A stretch of DNA of 64,000 nt from Candidatus Poribacteria bacterium (GTDB lineage Bacteria; Poribacteria; WGA-4E; WGA-3G), in NCBI GenBank assembly GCA_965205015.1, contig OZ242029.1, forward strand, positions 2,240,001 to 2,304,000, written 5' to 3'. Of this stretch, positions 59,162 through 64,000 are shown in pieces; the stretch's first letter is position 1, and every line of letters starts with the position of its first letter. The translations under genes were made by a program, and so were the position numbers. The notes beneath the pieces were generated by a model. It did no database searches. It saw only the letters and a program-made list of their open reading frames with translations, and was not told where the DNA came from.

Positions 59162-60148
59162 ATGGAAAAGCGAATCCTCGGACGAACAGGACTTGAAGTG
59201 AGTGTTTTAGGAATGGGGGGACTCTTTGTCTCAACCGCTGGTGGCAGGAATCGCGCTGACGGACGTAACGCTATCCGCCGAGCCTTGGAACTCGGTGTCA
59301 ACTACGTCGATACCGCACCGAGCTACGGTAACAGTGAAGAGGTCGTTGGAGAGGCTTTAGATGGCGTGCTGCAACCGCACTATCTGTCCACGAAAATCGG
59401 TGGTAGACCGCAACCCTTCGATCCAAAGGATAAGCAACTCTTGCGTCAGTCGGTTGAAGAGAGTCTGCGCTTGCTGAAAAGGGATAGAATTGATATTTTG
59501 ATGGTGCATGAACCCGATCGACCCGGACAATACGATTGGTGGACAAGCCACGAGACATTTGATGGACCCGTCTGTGAGGTATTAGCCGAGCTCAAAGAGG
59601 AGGGAATTGTGCGTTTCACGGGATTGGGCGGCACAACCGCACATCAACTTCCCGCAATTATGGCAACAGGTGTCTATGATGTCGTGCTGGCGGCGCAGAA
59701 CTACAGTCTACTCTGGCGTGAGGCGGCAATCTCAATTTTTCCAGAAGCGAAACGACAGAATATGGGGATTGTCATCGGTGCTCCGTTACAACAGGGTGCA
59801 TTATCCCGCCGCCACACCGAAGTAGAGACAGGGGCATGGTGGCTGAGTCGCCCGCGTCAGGAACAGTTCAAGGCACTCTATCGGTTTTTGGATGAAATCG
59901 AACTCTCGCTTCCAGAGGCAGGACTCCGTATGGTTATCTCCAATCCCGATATTTCTACTGTGCTGGTGGGGGCGAGGTCTGTAGAGGAGGTTGAACAGAA
60001 TGTTCGGGCTGTTGAAGCCGGTCCGTTGCCCTCAGAAATATTAGAGCGACTTCAGGAAATCGCGGATATGGTGCCGTTCCGACCCTTTGAGGAACCCCAT
60101 AGTTTGGCGTTCGGTAGGAAATACAGCGGTCCAGGGCACGCACGGTGA
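59162..60148 (+). CDS. Aldo/keto reductase
   Basis: LGRTGLEVS.LG.G, DTAPSYG.SE, STK, SL.LL..D.ID...VH. Confidence 0.92.
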   Translation: MEKRILGRTGLEVSVLGMGGLFVSTAGGRNRADGRNAIRRALELGVNYVDTAPSYGNSEEVVGEALDGVLQPHYLSTKIGGRPQPFDPKDKQLLRQSVEESLRLLKRDRIDILMVHEPDRPGQYDWWTSHETFDGPVCEVLAELKEEGIVRFTGLGGTTAHQLPAIMATGVYDVVLAAQNYSLLWREAAISIFPEAKRQNMGIVIGAPLQQGALSRRHTEVETGAWWLSRPRQEQFKALYRFLDEIELSLPEAGLRMVISNPDISTVLVGARSVEEVEQNVRAVEAGPLPSEILERLQEIADMVPFRPFEEPHSLAFGRKYSGPGHAR

Positions 60149-60153
60149 CGCGC

Positions 60154-60185
60154 AAAAAAGAGAGGCGCGCTCGGAAAGCGCGCCT
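60154..60185 (-). terminator. Intrinsic terminator between convergent genes
   Basis: AGGCGCGCT-cggaa-AGCGCGCCT stem with a T-tract on the minus strand. Confidence 0.65.
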
Positions 60186-60211
60186 GCGTAAAACAATCAA
60201 TTGATGAGATG

Positions 60212-60982
60212 TTATTCGTTGATATAATCCGAGCGCAACTCAAATGTGTGTGACACCCAGCTACCTGCCTGATTATCAAGTTCAGCCTCAATCGCCATGA
60301 TATCCTCCAGCTGCTCATAAGCCTCGGCATCTTCTTGGCTCGCGAACTCTATCTCAACAAGCCGGTGCGGAGATTCACCATAGTAGTTGTCATAAGCGGC
60401 AGTCGCTTTCAATTGAGGCTGTCCGATAATTGTGGAGGAAACGGACGCAACCCACTCCAGATACGCCTGCTTCCCGCCCAGCGGATAGTCAATAAAAATA
60501 ATACCTTTAATCGGCAAATCGCCTTCCGCATCCTTCGAGTAGTCAGAACGTTGGATAAATGTGTGGGCGATTGATACGCTTGAGTGATTCGGAATATCTT
60601 CGAGAATCGCAGCGATCTCTGGACGGTTCAGATAGGTCGCCATATCAAGAAAACTGTTGAATTCCCATTCGACGAGCCGGTTAGGACTCATTTCTGGGTC
60701 CTTGTTGTCGTAAGACCGTATCCGGACGACCTCTTCAGGAGCTTGCAGCGTTGGTGCAACGGAGGCAACCCACGCGATATACGCATCTTTTCCGCCCTCT
60801 GGATAGTCAATCAACAGAACAAACTTCACTGGAATTGCTTCCATATCCGTCATCGTCTCATCCGTAGCGGTATTTGCTGGCATGCCATCTACTACCATTT
60901 TTTGTGCCTTCTCACAACCCGTCAACGCAACAACCGCGATGAGAATTATCAAAAAGAGATTTGTTAATTTCTTCAAATTCAT
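60212..60982 (-). CDS. Lipoprotein with two tandem copies of an EthD/DABB-like domain
   Basis: Lipobox VALTGC, AGAGGAG RBS; IDYP.GGK.AY..WVASV...YDN...SP.RLVE.EF.S...HTF..RSDY occurs twice. Confidence 0.78.
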   Translation of the reverse strand: MNLKKLTNLFLIILIAVVALTGCEKAQKMVVDGMPANTATDETMTDMEAIPVKFVLLIDYPEGGKDAYIAWVASVAPTLQAPEEVVRIRSYDNKDPEMSPNRLVEWEFNSFLDMATYLNRPEIAAILEDIPNHSSVSIAHTFIQRSDYSKDAEGDLPIKGIIFIDYPLGGKQAYLEWVASVSSTIIGQPQLKATAAYDNYYGESPHRLVEIEFASQEDAEAYEQLEDIMAIEAELDNQAGSWVSHTFELRSDYINE

Positions 60983-61067
60983 TATTTCATCTCCTCTGTT
61001 GAAAAAAATAAATAAAATATTAGAGTTTTCTAACTCTAACATATCACACGATATAATACAATATTTT

Positions 61068-61622
61068 TTAAGAATTTGCTTGCGACTCCCAAATCGGCTC
61101 TGAAGTTTGCGCACGGAAATTCACTGTACGAGCGAGAACAAACAGGAGATCCGACAGCCTGTTCAAACTTCGGATTATCTCAGGATTGACCTCTGCCTCG
61201 CGTGCCAGACGCACAACACACCGTTCACTTCGCCGACACACCACACGCGCGACATGTAAAGTAGCTCCAGCGGTGCAGCCACCGGGCAGAATGAAATTCG
61301 TCAACGGTGGCAGCTCCGCAGAGAGTGTATCTATTGCCGTCTCCATCTCTGTGGTGAAATCTGCCGGTATACGGAATTCAGCAGCTTTCGTATGGGACGC
61401 CGGGGTCGCTAAATCCGCCCCGACATCAAAGAGGTGATTCTGAACCCGCGCCATGAGCTCGGAAAGATCAACATCCTCAACCAACGTCTGCGCATAGCCG
61501 AGATAGGCGTTCAGTTCGTCAACAGTGCCGATCGCCTCAATACGCGGTTCATCTTTCCCCAACCGCGTTCCGCCATAAAGCGCGGTCTCTCCAGAATCGC
61601 CAAATTTAGTATAGATTTTCAT
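61068..61622 (-). CDS. PduO-type cob(I)alamin adenosyltransferase
   Basis: KIYTK.GD.G.T, GTVDELN, FILPGG, RRSER, LNRLSDLLF. Confidence 0.95.
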   Translation of the reverse strand: MKIYTKFGDSGETALYGGTRLGKDEPRIEAIGTVDELNAYLGYAQTLVEDVDLSELMARVQNHLFDVGADLATPASHTKAAEFRIPADFTTEMETAIDTLSAELPPLTNFILPGGCTAGATLHVARVVCRRSERCVVRLAREAEVNPEIIRSLNRLSDLLFVLARTVNFRAQTSEPIWESQANS

Positions 61623-61664
61623 ATCAATTCATTATATACTCTGTCGAAAAAGGAGTCAAGCAAC

Positions 61665-62999
61665 ATGGATAGCTTAGGAAAAATTGTAAAAGTTGACGTT
61701 GTTGATCTACGCGTTCCCACATCGGATACACTCCTCGGTTCCGATCCTTTCCATAAAAAACCGAATTATTCCGCAGTCCTAACGACACTCGAAACGAGTA
61801 CAGGGTACCACGGCATATCCGTAGCGTTCACCGCTGGTGCCGGAAACGACTGGATCGCTTACGGGGTTAAAGACCTCGCGCACCTCGTGGTTGGGATGGA
61901 GATGGCGACTTTCGTTGATAACCCTGGCGCGTTTCACAGGCTTCTCGTTGACCATCACCAGTTACGGTGGCTTGCTGACGGCGTTAACCGGATGGCGATC
62001 GGGAGCATCGTCAACGCGATGTGGGATGCCTGGGCAAAACTGGTGGATAAACCGCTCTGGAAACTCCTTGTCGATTTACCACCGGAGAAGATTGTGGAGT
62101 CTATTGATTGGCGGTACCTGCGCGATGCCTTAACACCCGACGAAGCGGAAGAGATTCTCAACACGCATTGGGACAGTCGCGAAGTACGCGAGCAGACGCT
62201 CCGTCAGCAAGGACCGAAGGCTTATTCCACCGCGGGATGGCTCGGTTTAACAGACGAACAAATTATCGAAACTGTGAATCAGGTGAAAGCCGACGGACTT
62301 GACTGCTTCAAAATGAAGGTTGGACAGGATCTGGATTTCGACAAGAAACGACTCGCCTTCATCCGGGAGACAATCGGTCCACAGGCACGTTTGATGCTTG
62401 ACGCAAACCAGATATGGGGTGTCGATGAAGCAATCGCCTATATGGAAGCGTTAGCACAATTCAAACCGACATGGATTGAGGAACCTACAGCCCGCGACGA
62501 TGTGCTCGGTTTCGTGAAAATCGCACGTGCCTTAGAGAAATACGGTATTGGCGTCGCTACTGGGGAACAGGTACCGTCGCCTGTCATCTTCAAACAATTA
62601 ATCACGAGTGAGGCGATCCAGTACTGCCAGATTGACGCGACGCGGCTCGGAGGGGTCAACGATGTGCTCGGCGTCATCTTGATGGCGGCGAAATACGGTG
62701 TTCCTGTCTGCCCGCACGGTGGAGGTATCGGGTTGTGTAACATGATTCAACATTACGCCATCTGGGATCAAATTTGCGTCGCCGCGCATTCAGAAACACA
62801 GGTGGTTGAGTACCTCAACTTCTTACAAGCGGACGTTTTCCTATACCCAATTCAGGTACGCAATGGTGCCTATGTTACGCCAACGGTCCCCGGTTGGGGA
62901 CTGGAGATGTATCCGGAGTTCGTCGAAGCGCATACCTATCCGACAGGCTCCGTCTGGCAGGGGAGGGAGGCATCTGGAAGTGTAACGTTCTTGGCGTAG
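61665..62999 (+). CDS. L-fuconate dehydratase-like enolase superfamily protein
   Basis: D.R.PTS...GSD, NAMWD.WAK, KMKVG, DANQ.W, WIEEPT, VATGE, VCPHGGG.GLC. Confidence 0.88.
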   Translation: MDSLGKIVKVDVVDLRVPTSDTLLGSDPFHKKPNYSAVLTTLETSTGYHGISVAFTAGAGNDWIAYGVKDLAHLVVGMEMATFVDNPGAFHRLLVDHHQLRWLADGVNRMAIGSIVNAMWDAWAKLVDKPLWKLLVDLPPEKIVESIDWRYLRDALTPDEAEEILNTHWDSREVREQTLRQQGPKAYSTAGWLGLTDEQIIETVNQVKADGLDCFKMKVGQDLDFDKKRLAFIRETIGPQARLMLDANQIWGVDEAIAYMEALAQFKPTWIEEPTARDDVLGFVKIARALEKYGIGVATGEQVPSPVIFKQLITSEAIQYCQIDATRLGGVNDVLGVILMAAKYGVPVCPHGGGIGLCNMIQHYAIWDQICVAAHSETQVVEYLNFLQADVFLYPIQVRNGAYVTPTVPGWGLEMYPEFVEAHTYPTGSVWQGREASGSVTFLA

Positions 63000-63015
63000 T
63001 TGCCTTAACGAAAAT

Positions 63016-63034
63016 GCGCGGTTAAAAACCGCGC
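63016..63034. terminator. Hairpin between convergent genes
   Basis: GCGCGGTT-aaa-AACCGCGC. Confidence 0.45.
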
Positions 63035-63070
63035 TGATGAGATGAGAGAACACTGTCAAGATCGAATCTG

Positions 63071-63826
63071 TTAGAGTTTTGCCTCCTCTGCACGTTCTTT
63101 AAATGCTGCTGCACCTGCCGTAATCCATCCACCAACGCCGGTCATTAAAAACCGCACACCTGCTTTGACATATTTCTCAACCGTGGCATCGAGCGTCAAA
63201 GTCCCGGCAACCCGTCCTGCCTCTTGGATACGAGCAAGCGCGGAGTCAATTGTGTTTTGAACATCTGGATGGGTAAGATTTCCGATATGCCCCATAGAGG
63301 TCGCTAAATCTGAAGGGGCAACGAAAAATACGTCAATATGATCGACGGTCAGAATCTCGTCCAGGTTGTTAACCGCGACGATGTCTTCAATCAGGACGAT
63401 GACGAGCGTTTGCGAGTTGGCGACATCAAAATAGTTGTCCACCCCGTAGCCTTGGCGACTGGTGAACATTCCACGGTGTCCGATCGGTGCGAACTTCGCG
63501 CCCTCTACGACGTTTTGTGCCTCCGCTTTCGTGTTGACGTGCGGGACACAGATGCCCATGGCACCACAATCCAATGTGCGGTAGATGAGTCCCTGGTCGT
63601 TGCGGTTGACACGTGTGATAGAGGTCATCCCCCAGAGATCGCAGGCACGCGTCAGGTCCCCAAGTTCTGCCGCATCCACCCGTCCGTGTTCGCCTTCCAG
63701 CCACACACCATCGTATCCGTTCGGACCGAAGGTATCTATATCATCAGCACTCGTCAACCCTGAGATGACGAACGCCAGGTCGCCAGCCGCTAACTTCTCT
63801 TTAACCCGATTTGGTCTTATTTCCAT
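63071..63826 (-). CDS. HpcH/HpaI aldolase family protein
   Basis: W..EH, LD.GA.G..VPHV, KF.P.G.RG, IED, F.AP.DL..SMG. Confidence 0.9.
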   Translation of the reverse strand: MEIRPNRVKEKLAAGDLAFVISGLTSADDIDTFGPNGYDGVWLEGEHGRVDAAELGDLTRACDLWGMTSITRVNRNDQGLIYRTLDCGAMGICVPHVNTKAEAQNVVEGAKFAPIGHRGMFTSRQGYGVDNYFDVANSQTLVIVLIEDIVAVNNLDEILTVDHIDVFFVAPSDLATSMGHIGNLTHPDVQNTIDSALARIQEAGRVAGTLTLDATVEKYVKAGVRFLMTGVGGWITAGAAAFKERAEEAKL

Positions 63827-64000
63827 AGATTTCTCCTATGAGGTTATTATTTTAGCGTAAGGGTATCAGGAATCCTGAAAGTTGTCTATAAAAAAGTGAA
63901 GTGCGCACTTGAAAAGCACGCACTTCGCGTTCAGCGTCGTAGTTGTACTTTCATTCAATGAATCATACCACTACGAACCGGAATATCAATCTCAGTTTCC

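Noticed and set aside
61434-61664. N-terminal extension of the 521-aa enolase-family ORF
   Set aside because: Overlaps the divergent PduO-type gene; AAGGAG RBS supports the ATG at 61665
1-64000. CRISPR array, tRNA or rRNA genes
   Set aside because: No regularly spaced repeat-spacer series and no tRNA/rRNA signature seen by eye

Overview
Bacterial chromosomal segment with about 55 genes and no rRNA, tRNA or CRISPR array detected. The host is probably Candidatus Poribacteria or a relative. This is an inference from the repeated C-terminal 'V(E/S/D)PxGKLxxxW(G/A)xLK' tail on five secreted proteins and from the WD40-dockerin, LamG, PhyH and sulfatase content. Layout: (1) 1-4 kb, a tandem array of two unknown secreted paralog families (A1, inverted lipoprotein, B1, A2, B2); (2) 4-8.3 kb, a small defence-like islet (HicB-like, fused DNA MTase/Mrr-like nuclease, RipA/8xMP-like membrane protein) and a long intergenic region with repeats; (3) 8.3-36 kb, housekeeping and envelope genes (secA, polysaccharide genes, sppA, bacterial Clp1 kinase, MsbA-like ABC, a sigma70 factor with a duplicated region 1.2-2 module, larC, RecQ, sulfatase, UbiA); (4) 36-45.7 kb, a decayed type I R-M locus with TA cargo, an intact-looking IS4-like element and small accessory genes; (5) 45.7-64 kb, metabolic and secreted-protein genes. 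Intergenic regions contain many REP/MITE-like and heptamer repeats. All family assignments come from motif recognition by eye; no database search was run.
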